Part shown: positions 30,272 to 39,301 of the stretch, piece after piece
How the letters are laid out: every line of letters starts with the position of its first letter
Position numbering within the stretch: position 1 is the stretch's first letter
Translations under genes and position numbers: made by a program
The notes under the pieces: model-generated
Told to the model about the DNA's origin: nothing
What the model saw: only the letters and a program-made list of their open reading frames with translations
The model's database searches: none
NCBI GenBank assembly: GCA_000989515.1
Contig: LBOM01000005.1
Coordinates: 2,709 to 66,708, forward strand
DNA length: 64,000 bases
Reading direction: 5' to 3'
DNA from: Candidatus Nomurabacteria bacterium GW2011_GWE1_32_28
Lineage (GTDB): Bacteria > Patescibacteriota > Minisyncoccia > Phycocordibacterales > UBA9973

Positions 30272-30781
30272 ATGGAAAATACTAATGAAGAGGTAGAAGT
30301 GGCTCCTGGTGAAGAATCAGAAGTGAATTTAAGGGTTTATGAGCTTGGTTATCTTTTGATACCTACTATTTCAGAAGAGAATATACCAGTTGTTTATGGT
30401 AATTTAAAAGAGCTTGTTTCTAATTTGGGTGGAGAAATAATTTCAGATGAAATGCCTAAGATGATTTCTCTTGCTTATCAAATGCTTAAAGTTACACAAA
30501 ATGTACGAAGTAAGTTTAATACAGCTTATTTTGGTTGGATAAAGTTTGAAATGGGTTCGGATAAAATTTTAGAGTTGAAGAAAAAAGTAGATCTAGATCC
30601 AAATTTTATTAGATTCTTGATACTAAAAACAGTTAAAGAAAACACCATTGCCGCTAAAAGATTTACACGTAAAGATTTTAAGAGAAAAACTTCTACTAAA
30701 AAAGATGGTGAAAACGAAGAAGCTCTTCCAATCGATAAAGAGGAAATAGATAAAGAGATAGAAGCTATGATCGCAGATTAA
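30272..30781 (+). CDS. rpsF: Ribosomal protein S6 with a charged C-terminal extension
   Basis: YELGYLLIP-type N-terminus and the conserved rpsF-ssb-rpsR gene order. Confidence 0.75.
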   Translation: MENTNEEVEVAPGEESEVNLRVYELGYLLIPTISEENIPVVYGNLKELVSNLGGEIISDEMPKMISLAYQMLKVTQNVRSKFNTAYFGWIKFEMGSDKILELKKKVDLDPNFIRFLILKTVKENTIAAKRFTRKDFKRKTSTKKDGENEEALPIDKEEIDKEIEAMIAD

Positions 30782-30842
30782 ATTAGTTATAGAGTTTATA
30801 AAGTCGAAAAGTTTATAAAGTTAAATAATAGATAAAAAAACT

Positions 30843-31292
30843 ATGTACCTAAATAAAGCAATTGTAATAGGAAATCTTACTCGTGATCCAGAAATACGCT
30901 CTCTTCCTTCTGGAATAAAAGTTTGTTCATTTTCTTTGGCCACAAATCGTGTCTGGAAAGATAAAAATAATGCACGACAAGAATCTACAGACTATCACAA
31001 TGTTGTAGTCTTTGGACGACAAGCAGAAACAGTAGCACAATATATGAAGAAAGGTAGTTCTATTTTAATTGAAGGTAGAATGCAAACAAGAAGTTGGGAA
31101 GATAAAACAAGTGGAGAGAAAAAATATCGTACAGAAATAGTCGCAGATCGTACGCAATTTGGTCCTAAGGGTGGAAGTTCTGGAGCATCTACACCAAGTG
31201 CGGATTCTGAAAAAGTATCAGGCACAAAAGAAGAAATAGATACTATAGAATATCCAGAAGAGGATATTAATCCAGAAGATATTCCATTTTAA
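30843..31292 (+). CDS. ssb: Single-stranded DNA-binding protein
   Basis: OB fold pattern NKAIVIGNLTRDPEIR...VVVFGRQAE and an acidic tail ending in DIPF. Confidence 0.9.
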   Translation: MYLNKAIVIGNLTRDPEIRSLPSGIKVCSFSLATNRVWKDKNNARQESTDYHNVVVFGRQAETVAQYMKKGSSILIEGRMQTRSWEDKTSGEKKYRTEIVADRTQFGPKGGSSGASTPSADSEKVSGTKEEIDTIEYPEEDINPEDIPF

Positions 31293-31409
31293 TTCAATTA
31301 CGAATTATAAATTACGAATTACGAATTAAAATACAAAAGAAGGGAGAATCAATTATGAATTAACAATTACCTGCCTACCGGTAGGCAGGCGAATTACGAA
31401 TTAATAAAC

Positions 31410-31610
31410 ATGAAACAAGATTATTTTTCAGCAAACAATATAAAACATATCGACTATAAGGATGTTGAAATTCTAAGGAAATTCTTAAATCCTAATGGCA
31501 AGATTATGAATCATAAACGTACTGGAGTAACAGCAAAGAATCAACGCGCCTTAGCTGGTGCAGTTAAGAATGCTAGATTCTTAGGATTACTTCCTTTTGT
31601 AGCTAAATAA
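31410..31610 (+). CDS. rpsR: Ribosomal protein S18
   Basis: [13 protein letters not shown]...[34 protein letters not shown]. Confidence 0.9.
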   Translation: MKQDYFSANNIKHIDYKDVEILRKFLNPNGKIMNHKRTGVTAKNQRALAGAVKNARFLGLLPFVAK

Positions 31611-31645
31611 AATTAAATATTAAAGTTAAATTAAAAAACAAAAAA

Positions 31646-31679
31646 GGTAGCAAACTCAGCGATAGCAGAGTTTGCTACC
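31646..31679. terminator. Bidirectional terminator between rpsR and efp
   Basis: GGTAGCAAACTCAGC-GATA-GCAGAGTTTGCTACC flanked by an A-run and a T-run. It is a sequence homolog of the hairpin at 20740-20773. Confidence 0.75.
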
Positions 31680-31683
31680 TTTT

Positions 31684-32262
31684 TTATACTCTTTCTACAT
31701 ACAATCCAGTTTCAGTATTTACACGTATTATATCTCCCTCTTCTATAAACATAGGAGTAGTTAATGTTGTTCCATTTTCTAATGTAATTATTTTATTTCC
31801 ACCTTGTGCTGTATTTCCTTTTACTGCAGGAGGAGCTTCTTTTACCTTGAATTCCATTTTTATTGGAAGAGTTATTTTAATTATCTTTTCTTCATCGTCG
31901 TCATCCCAGACTAGGGCAGTGACAAGACCATTTTCTTTAAAGAATTTACCAGAATCACCTACAAGAGATGAATTTAATTCAAATCTATTTTTGGGATCTT
32001 CGGGATCACAAAACCAATATTCTCCTTTATTTTGATAAAGAAATTTTATATCTTTTTTTTCTATATCTGCCTCCATCGCAGAGTCAGAAACATGAAAAGT
32101 CGCAGAGATTGTCTTACCAGAAATCAAACTTCTTAATTTTACTTGATTTTGAGGTTTTCTTTGTTGTGTACGTGCTACATGAGAATCTATTACTTCACAA
32201 GGTTCACCACTATAAATGATTATTTTCTTTTCTCTTATTTCGCTATATTGTAATTGTGACAT
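31684..32262 (-). CDS. efp: Elongation factor P
   Basis: The region GEPCEVIDSHVARTQQRKPQNQVKLRSLISGK and a three-domain length. Confidence 0.9.
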   Translation of the reverse strand: MSQLQYSEIREKKIIIYSGEPCEVIDSHVARTQQRKPQNQVKLRSLISGKTISATFHVSDSAMEADIEKKDIKFLYQNKGEYWFCDPEDPKNRFELNSSLVGDSGKFFKENGLVTALVWDDDDEEKIIKITLPIKMEFKVKEAPPAVKGNTAQGGNKIITLENGTTLTTPMFIEEGDIIRVNTETGLYVERV

Positions 32263-32366
32263 ATATTCTTATCTTACAGATTTTTAATAATATTTCTATA
32301 TTGACTTATTTATAATTTGTGATATTGTTTGGCTGGAATATTCTTTAATAAAAAAAGGTGGAAGAA

Positions 32367-33770
32367 ATGAAAAAATTACTTGTTTTGTTTGTTTTGTTAG
32401 CTATTCCTATATCTGCACAGTTTCTTTATAATTTTGGACCTGATAGTCCAAACGTTTTGAAAAAAACAACAGGATTTGGTGGATCTCTTGCATGTGAAAT
32501 CAATATTACATGTGATAATGGTTTCCTTCCTGTTTCAGATGGGGTCTTCTGGTTTAATGGATGTACGGCTTTCTTTTTAGCAAACACATCAGGTGATGGG
32601 CGTTTGTTGTTTATGACAGTCAATCACGTTTTCCCATCGAATGTAGCAATAGGGGGGACGACAACAATAGCTATAAAATTTAATTATCAATCTTCTTCAT
32701 GTTCAAACCCAATAATTGAACCATCTGATGGAGTTTTTTCATTAAATTTAACAGTTAGATTGCTTGTAAGAACTTCTTATGATCAAGTTCTCTGTGAGAT
32801 TGTTGATGATGGGTCTTTGCCTCCAATGAATATTACATTACTTGGTTGGGATACTCGCTATACAAGAACATCGTCTATTGAGATGGCTTTTATGGGTCAC
32901 CCTCAAGCAGATATCAAGAAAATTGCATACCCGACAGTTACGGGGAGTAACTCTTGGAATACTTGGACTAAAGTAATAAAAGGCAATGGTACTGTTGAAG
33001 TAGGATATTCTGGGGCTCCATTGTTGGGAAAAGATGACGATGGGATTCGTGTATATGGATTAGCAAGTGCTGGTTCAGTATATGGATGTAATAGTGATGT
33101 ACAATCATATATTACAGCTAAAAATATAGGAGCTGATTGGAATTTATTAGCTCCTTATTTAGATCCATTAAATTCTAATGCATTGTTTTGTAGTGGGGAA
33201 CCAGCAGCTCTTCCAGTTGAATTGATATTTTTCTCAGCTTTTGTTGATGAAAATTTTGTTGAGTTAAATTGGAAAACAGCAACAGAAGTAAACAATTATG
33301 GATTTGAAGTAGAAAGAAAAACTTTAGATTCTGGTTGGGAGACTATTGGTTTTGTTGAAGGACATGGTAATAGTAATTCGCCCAAAGAATATTTATTTTT
33401 TGATGCAGATGTAACTAATGGTGTCTATTCATATAGATTAAAGCAAATTGATAACAATGGTAAATTTGAATATTCTTCTATCTTAGAAGTAATTATAAAA
33501 ATACCAATTAATTTTGTTTTTTCCCAAAACTATCCAAATCCTTTTAATCCAGAAACTGTAATTAGTTATCAACTTCCCATAGATGATTTTGTAAACTTAA
33601 AAATTTACGATATTGTCGGTAGGGAAGTTTCAGAATTAGTTAACGAAGAAAAAAAAGCTGGGATTTATCAAATTAGATTTGATGGTTCCAATTTGTCTAG
33701 TGGGGTTTATTTTTATAGAATTACCACTGGTGATTTTTCTAAAATTAAAAAAATGATTCTTATAAAATAA
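32367..33770 (+). CDS. Secreted trypsin-like serine peptidase with a T9SS (Por) type-A C-terminal sorting domain
   Basis: Signal peptide MKKLLVLFVLLAIPISAQ, the GYSGAPLL serine-protease-like motif, and LPVELIFFSA...WKTATEVNNYGFEVER...YRLKQIDNNGK. The tail is QNYPNPFNPETVISYQLP...SGVYFYRI. Confidence 0.7.
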   Translation: MKKLLVLFVLLAIPISAQFLYNFGPDSPNVLKKTTGFGGSLACEINITCDNGFLPVSDGVFWFNGCTAFFLANTSGDGRLLFMTVNHVFPSNVAIGGTTTIAIKFNYQSSSCSNPIIEPSDGVFSLNLTVRLLVRTSYDQVLCEIVDDGSLPPMNITLLGWDTRYTRTSSIEMAFMGHPQADIKKIAYPTVTGSNSWNTWTKVIKGNGTVEVGYSGAPLLGKDDDGIRVYGLASAGSVYGCNSDVQSYITAKNIGADWNLLAPYLDPLNSNALFCSGEPAALPVELIFFSAFVDENFVELNWKTATEVNNYGFEVERKTLDSGWETIGFVEGHGNSNSPKEYLFFDADVTNGVYSYRLKQIDNNGKFEYSSILEVIIKIPINFVFSQNYPNPFNPETVISYQLPIDDFVNLKIYDIVGREVSELVNEEKKAGIYQIRFDGSNLSSGVYFYRITTGDFSKIKKMILIK

Positions 33771-33776
33771 TAAAAA

Positions 33777-33796
33777 CCCCCTTCGGAGGAAGGGGG
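33777..33796. terminator. GC-rich hairpin between the convergent 32367 gene and recA
   Basis: CCCCCTTC-GGAG-GAAGGGGG, flanked by A and T runs. Confidence 0.75.
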
Positions 33797-33810
33797 TTTT
33801 CTTATACCTT

Positions 33811-34851
33811 TTAAACTTCTTCTGTAAACTTTTTACGGATTTCTTTTAGTATCTGTTCAGCTATTTTTTTATTTTCCTTCAAGAATGTTCGAGTAGAATC
33901 ATAACCCACACCTAATTTCATCTTTTCTGCACCTGCGACACCCGATGTATAAAAATAAGAGTTACCAGCCTTTTCTACAATTTTAAATTTCTCGCCTAAT
34001 GCTATTATTTCACCTTCTTTAGATATTCCTTCATTGTAAATAATATCAAATTCTGTTTGTTTAAATGGTGCAGCGACTTTATTCTTTACTACTTTTACAC
34101 GAGTACGAGAGCCGACTATGTCTTCTCCTTTTTTAATCTGTGCTATTTTTCTTATATCAAGTCTTACAGAAGTATAGAATTTGAGTGCTTTTCCTCCTGT
34201 GGTTGTCTCAGGATTACCAAACATCACACCTATCTGCATTCTGATTTGATTTATGAATATTACGACAGTCTTACTTCTTGCTACGATGGCTGTGAGTTTA
34301 CGGAGTGCTTGAGACATTAGTCTTGCTTGTTTTCCTACATGATAAGCTCCCATGTCTCCCTCTATTTCATCTTTTGGTGTGAGTGCTGCTACAGAATCTA
34401 TCACTATCACATCGATTTTACCAGTTCGCACAAGACTCTCGACTATTTCAAGTGCTTGTTCTCCAGTGTCTGGTTGAGAGATGAGTAAGTTGTCGATATT
34501 TACTCCGAGTTTTTTAGTATAGTCAGGGTCCATCGCATGTTCAGCATCTATATATGCACATACTCCTCCGAGTTTTTGTGCTTCTGCTACTATATGTAAC
34601 GAGAGGGTAGTCTTTCCAGAAGATTCTGGTCCAAATATCTCAATGATTCTTCCACGAGGTATTCCTCCTACACCGAGTGCCATGTCGAGCCCGATAGATC
34701 CTGTTGGTATTGTGTTTACATCTACCTTTGGGGAGTCTCCTAGTTTCATGATAGATCCTTCTCCAAATTTTGCTTGGATGGCTTTTACTGTATCATTGAG
34801 TAACGATATTCCCATTGTTTTGTCTTCTTTTTTAATTTTTTTCTTTTGCAT
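33811..34851 (-). CDS. recA: Recombinase RecA
   Basis: [16 protein letters not shown] (Walker A), [10 protein letters not shown] and FINQIR. Confidence 0.95.
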   Translation of the reverse strand: MQKKKIKKEDKTMGISLLNDTVKAIQAKFGEGSIMKLGDSPKVDVNTIPTGSIGLDMALGVGGIPRGRIIEIFGPESSGKTTLSLHIVAEAQKLGGVCAYIDAEHAMDPDYTKKLGVNIDNLLISQPDTGEQALEIVESLVRTGKIDVIVIDSVAALTPKDEIEGDMGAYHVGKQARLMSQALRKLTAIVARSKTVVIFINQIRMQIGVMFGNPETTTGGKALKFYTSVRLDIRKIAQIKKGEDIVGSRTRVKVVKNKVAAPFKQTEFDIIYNEGISKEGEIIALGEKFKIVEKAGNSYFYTSGVAGAEKMKLGVGYDSTRTFLKENKKIAEQILKEIRKKFTEEV

Positions 34852-35025
34852 AAATTTTCTTTAAAAAAATAAGAATAATGTTTTTAAGGGATTTTGAGGC
34901 TTTTATTCTTAGTTTTTTAAGTTTTTTTTAAAGAACTTATAAATAAAAATTTCAAGAGTCGTGTTGGTTCCCTGTCCTTATGTCTCCGATGGCGAAGGCT
35001 CAGAAATTTTTGATTTTTAAGTTCT

Positions 35026-35394
35026 TTAATACATTAATTTATAAATTTTCTCATCAGCATTTCCAAATTCATCTTTAGCTTCTATATTGATTGTATTATA
35101 TCCTGGTAGCAAAGCTATCGTTTCATTAAAATTTCCTTTTTGGTCTACTGATATTTCACGATTATTTAATATTAAGTTAATAGCATTTCTAGCATTTCCT
35201 GTTATTTTTATGATGTTGTTTACGACCTTTGTACCTTCTTGGATTGGCAATCCATCTACCGACATATTTACATCTTTTATTTTAACACCGAATATTACAT
35301 CTTTAGATGTAAAAAATCCAAAAACAATTATAAAAAGTAAAAGAAAAATAATAGAACCCATTTTTACTATTTTTTTTGCATCTGTGTTTGTCAT
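35026..35394 (-). CDS. Small membrane-anchored protein with an Ig-like ectodomain (hypothetical)
   Basis: 122-aa ORF with an N-terminal TM helix and a beta-rich C-terminus. No motif was recognised. Confidence 0.5.
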   Translation of the reverse strand: MTNTDAKKIVKMGSIIFLLLFIIVFGFFTSKDVIFGVKIKDVNMSVDGLPIQEGTKVVNNIIKITGNARNAINLILNNREISVDQKGNFNETIALLPGYNTINIEAKDEFGNADEKIYKLMY

Positions 35395-35513
35395 AGTTTA
35401 TTAAAATATTATATAGTTTGCTTTTTTGAGCTGGTCTGGCTGGGGGTCGGGGCCCCAGGGAACCGAGGACCCGAGAAAAAGTGAACTATGTCATATTTTT
35501 ATTTTTTAAATTG

Positions 35514-37775
35514 TTAATTGACTATGTTCTCTCCACTCTCTGTATGTTCTATTTTCTCCAAAACTTCTCTTGGTTTTGCACCATCACCAGCACTTATGAC
35601 TCCACGTTCTTGTAATGTATCCATCAGTCGTGCTGCACGAGCATATCCGAGTTTTAATTTTCTTTGAAGATATGACGTTGAAGCTTTTCCTGCTTCTATC
35701 ACACATTGTCTTGCTTCTTCATACATTTCATCTTCATCATCGTCTTTATCATCCAATGTACTTTCAAATATGCTTTTATCTGCAGAGATTGAACCACTAG
35801 TTAGTGATATTTCATCGGTTAATTCATCTTTGTATGCATCTACTAAATATTTAACAACTTTTTTAACTTCTGTTTCTGAAATAAATGCACTCTGTAGACG
35901 TTCTGGCTGAGCTTCTCCTGAGGAATATAGCATATCACCAGCTCCTAAGAGTTTCTCTGCCCCACCTGCATCGAGGATAGTACGCGAATCTATTTGTGAA
36001 GATACTTTGAGTGCCACGCGAGCAGGAATATTTGCTTTGATAAGTCCAGTAATGACATTTACTTCAGGGCGTTGCGTGGACAATATCAAATGTATTCCGA
36101 CAGCTCTAGACATTTGAGCTAGGCGGACGATTGCAGATTCTAGTTCTCTAGGGTAAGAGCTCATGATATCTGCTAATTCGTCTATGATGATGACTATATA
36201 AGGTAGGCGATCAGCATCTACTTCTGTTTTTGTTCCATCTTCGCCTGTCTTTGTTTTCTTTGGATTTTTACCAAATACATTAGTGTGGTAAGACTCTATA
36301 TCTCTCACAGATTCTGCTTCGAGTATATCATAACGGCGATCCATTTCTTTTGCTGCCCATTTTAATGCTAATATTGTCTTTTTTGCTTCAGTTATGACAG
36401 GGGTAAGTAGGTGTGGAATGTTGTTATAAAGAGTTAGCTCTACGCGTTTTGGATCTATCAAGATAAGTTTTAAATCATCTGGTCCATTTCTATATAATAG
36501 GGAAGTGATAATAGAATGTATTGTCACAGATTTTCCAGAGCCTGTAGTACCTGCGACAAGTGCATGTGGCATTTTTGCTAAGTTTCCAAACATAGCTTTT
36601 CCTGATATTCCTCGTCCTAGAGCTATGGTGAGAGGTTTTGGAGAATTTTGGAACTTACTATCTGAGAGAAGTGTTGCGAGGCCTACTATTGATTTTGATT
36701 TATTTGGGATCTCAATACCTACGAGAGATTTACCTGGGATAGGAGCTTCTATACGGATAGGGTGTGCAGCTAGAGAAAGTGCGAGGTCGTTTTGTAGACC
36801 GACTATGCGTGAGAGTTTTACACCTTCGGCTGGCTTCAATGCATAACGTGTGACGGTAGGTCCGACTGTTATCTCATCCATTTCGACTTCAATGCCGAAG
36901 TTTGCAAGTGTGCGTTTGATTATATTTGCATTTGCTTTTATGTCTCCAGTATTTGGCTTACCTTGATCTTCTTCGAGCAATGAGAGTGGGGGAGGGACAT
37001 AAGTAGAGACGAGGCCACCTTTTCTTTTTCTAATAGGCATCTCTTCTTCCTCTTCTTGTCCGTGTTTTATATCTAGAGCTTTTTTAATTTTCTCTACAGT
37101 AGAACTTTGTTCTTCTACTTCCTTTGTTGCTTTTTCTGAGGCAGGATTTTTGTCTATCATGTTTTCTTCTTTTTCGTTCAATGTGGAGACTGGTTGTTCT
37201 TTTTTTCTTGAAATCGATGCCCATAAATTTTTGAAAGTTAAAATGATGTTTAGCTTCACGTCAAACATCACTACGATAGATATCAATAGTAATGCACCGA
37301 GGAATATTATACTGGCATAGACATCAAATAAAGATACGAGGGGAGTCGAAAGAATTCTTCCCAAGAACCCTCCTCTATGTTCGAGAGAGACGACGTCTAT
37401 GATGCCGAGACTAGAGAGCAAAAACATGGTTCCACTCAATGCACGAGTGAGTCCGACATTTGGAGTTTCTGATTTCAAAAATGATGAGCCGAGTAATATA
37501 AAAAGAAGAGGGAGAAGTATGTATCCTATACCGAGTAAATAATTTAAAATTTCATAAATAAATTGACCAGCTACTCCAGCAATATCAAATATAGACATCA
37601 AAAGAAAAAGCGCTAAAACAAAAAATAAGATTGCCCAGATGCTGTGTATCGTTTCTGTTTTTAATTTGCTCATGGAATAAGAATTATTGTTGGAAGATTC
37701 TCTGTTGTTTTTCTGTTTATTATTTTTTGCCATATAGTACATTTTATCACTTTTTTTCATTTTAGTTAAATCCAC
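35514..37775 (-). CDS. ftsK: DNA translocase FtsK/SpoIIIE
   Basis: N-terminal TM helices, the motor domain GTTGSGKS and IIIDELAD, and the C-terminal gamma wHTH (TSYLQRKLKLGYARAARLMD). Confidence 0.9.
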   Translation of the reverse strand: MDLTKMKKSDKMYYMAKNNKQKNNRESSNNNSYSMSKLKTETIHSIWAILFFVLALFLLMSIFDIAGVAGQFIYEILNYLLGIGYILLPLLFILLGSSFLKSETPNVGLTRALSGTMFLLSSLGIIDVVSLEHRGGFLGRILSTPLVSLFDVYASIIFLGALLLISIVVMFDVKLNIILTFKNLWASISRKKEQPVSTLNEKEENMIDKNPASEKATKEVEEQSSTVEKIKKALDIKHGQEEEEEMPIRKRKGGLVSTYVPPPLSLLEEDQGKPNTGDIKANANIIKRTLANFGIEVEMDEITVGPTVTRYALKPAEGVKLSRIVGLQNDLALSLAAHPIRIEAPIPGKSLVGIEIPNKSKSIVGLATLLSDSKFQNSPKPLTIALGRGISGKAMFGNLAKMPHALVAGTTGSGKSVTIHSIITSLLYRNGPDDLKLILIDPKRVELTLYNNIPHLLTPVITEAKKTILALKWAAKEMDRRYDILEAESVRDIESYHTNVFGKNPKKTKTGEDGTKTEVDADRLPYIVIIIDELADIMSSYPRELESAIVRLAQMSRAVGIHLILSTQRPEVNVITGLIKANIPARVALKVSSQIDSRTILDAGGAEKLLGAGDMLYSSGEAQPERLQSAFISETEVKKVVKYLVDAYKDELTDEISLTSGSISADKSIFESTLDDKDDDEDEMYEEARQCVIEAGKASTSYLQRKLKLGYARAARLMDTLQERGVISAGDGAKPREVLEKIEHTESGENIVN

Positions 37776-37825
37776 TTATTAAGGATTTTTATAGGAACAA
37801 TTTTTAAAAACTATATAGATAAAAT

Positions 37826-38137
37826 CATAAATTAAAAGTCTCAAATTATCAAAAAGATTTTAGTAAGAATCAATTTTTATAAAGCAATCTATCTGGCGAA
37901 GCTTCGGGAGCGTTCTGCTCGTCACTCAAGAAAATAATAAATGGAATACCATTTTTATTTTCTAAGCTCCTGCGCAAGGCTTTCTAAAAACTATTCTTAC
38001 TAAAATCTTAAATTACTAAAGTCTTGAATTGTTGCTTTTAAAAAGCATTGCGCAGGCTGTCGAGCTGAGCATAGCAATTTTCTAGCAAGAAAATATGTGC
38101 GGTTTTTAAAAGTAATAATTTGAGACTTTTAATTTAT
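37826..38137 (+). other. Nested inverted-repeat element, a candidate structured leader or ncRNA (a MITE-like alternative is possible)
   Basis: A perfect 23-bp outer inverted repeat (37826-37848 / 38115-38137), an inner hairpin (37855-37869 / 37992-38006) and a 26-bp hairpin (38017-38042 / 38104-38129) with four G.U pairs on the + strand only. Confidence 0.4.
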
Positions 38138-38207
38138 CTTAATTCGTAATTCGTAATTGTTAATTCGTAATTGATTCCCCCTTGCATTTTTCTCTGTCCT
38201 ATATATA

Positions 38208-39107
38208 ATGGACAACATGATCTTAGGTGAAAATAAAAACCTAAAAGACACCTCTAAGGATTCTTTTAAAGACACCTTTTCTGTTCCTATCTCAACATCT
38301 AATAAACAAGAGCAATCTGTCTCTTTGGTTTCTTCTTGGCAAAATTATTCTGGTTCATATACTAAAACAAATAAGTTGGTTACCGCTTTATATATGGTAA
38401 CGGACATAATGGAAAAAGGAGAACCTATTCGTTTAAAATTAAGAACTCTAGGAGTAGAAATTCTATCAGACATTGCATTTCTAGAAAAAGGGACTTTTGG
38501 TAATATAAAGGACAAGGTTATTTCAATTTTGTCCTTTTTAAATATTGCTTCTGATTTAGGAATGATATCAGGAATGAACAGTACTATTTTAAAGAAAGAG
38601 TTTACTGGACTTAAGCAATCAATAGAAGAATTTACAAATAAAAACAATCTTTGGTTTGAAGAATTTATGAGTGATAATTCAAAAGAAGAATTAAATGATT
38701 CTGTTTCAAGTCCTTTAGTTTCTAAGATAGATTTTTCTATCGGACACTCTAAATTAAATGATAAAAAAGATGTGTCTTTTGCTAAAGGACAAAGTGTGAG
38801 AATAGGAGTTCAAAAAGGAAGTACATTACTCAAGGCCTTGAGTAATGTTAAGGGAAATTCCATTAACAAAAATGCTAGTTCAGAGGGCTTTGAAATGCTT
38901 AAAAAAGACAGAAGAGAATCAATAATAAAAATTACAAAAAGTATACCAAATGGGGTGAGTATAAAGGACATTGTTACAAGATTAGATAACACTGGAAAAA
39001 AGTATGGAGAGAAGACAATACAAAGAGAATTGGTATCTATGGTAAAGGACAATGTCCTTAAGAAAACTGGAGAGAAGAGATGGAGTAAATACTCAATTAA
39101 CAATTAG
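38208..39107 (+). CDS. Hypothetical protein with a C-terminal winged-helix-like region
   Basis: 299-aa ORF. The C-terminus IKDIVTRLDNTGKKYGEKTIQRELVSMVKDNVLKKTGEKRWSKY resembles a wHTH. Confidence 0.5.
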   Translation: MDNMILGENKNLKDTSKDSFKDTFSVPISTSNKQEQSVSLVSSWQNYSGSYTKTNKLVTALYMVTDIMEKGEPIRLKLRTLGVEILSDIAFLEKGTFGNIKDKVISILSFLNIASDLGMISGMNSTILKKEFTGLKQSIEEFTNKNNLWFEEFMSDNSKEELNDSVSSPLVSKIDFSIGHSKLNDKKDVSFAKGQSVRIGVQKGSTLLKALSNVKGNSINKNASSEGFEMLKKDRRESIIKITKSIPNGVSIKDIVTRLDNTGKKYGEKTIQRELVSMVKDNVLKKTGEKRWSKYSINN

Positions 39108-39189
39108 AAATTACGAATTACGAATTGGATTCAATTGACCTTTAAAAGGGCCCGCCTTCATAGTAATGAAAGTGGGCCCTTAATTTTTG

Positions 39190-39301
39190 TAATTCGTAAT
39201 TGATTAGTCTTCTTTTGAGCCTTTAAATTCGTAATTCATAATTGTTAATTCGTAATTGATTAGTCTTCTTTTGAGCCTTTAAATTCGTAATTCGTAATTC
39301 G
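39190..39301. repeat. Tandem duplication (2 x 56 bp) built on ATTCGTAATT heptamer units
   Basis: TAATTCGTAATTGATTAGTCTTCTTTTGAGCCTTTAAATTCGTAATTC occurs at 39190 and again at 39246. Confidence 0.85.

Noticed and set aside
34945-35485. Two GC-rich patches flanking the 122-aa gene (GTTGGTTCCCTGTCC... at about 34958 and CTGGGGGTCGGGGCCCCAGGGAACCGAGG at about 35433) considered as SRP RNA, a tRNA or a split RNA gene
   Set aside because: No GGAAGCAGC-type SRP helix-8 motif, no T-loop or acceptor structure, and no cloverleaf could be drawn. They share only a 9-11 nt inverted match (GGTTCCCTG / CAGGGAACC). They are most simply local hairpins at gene ends.
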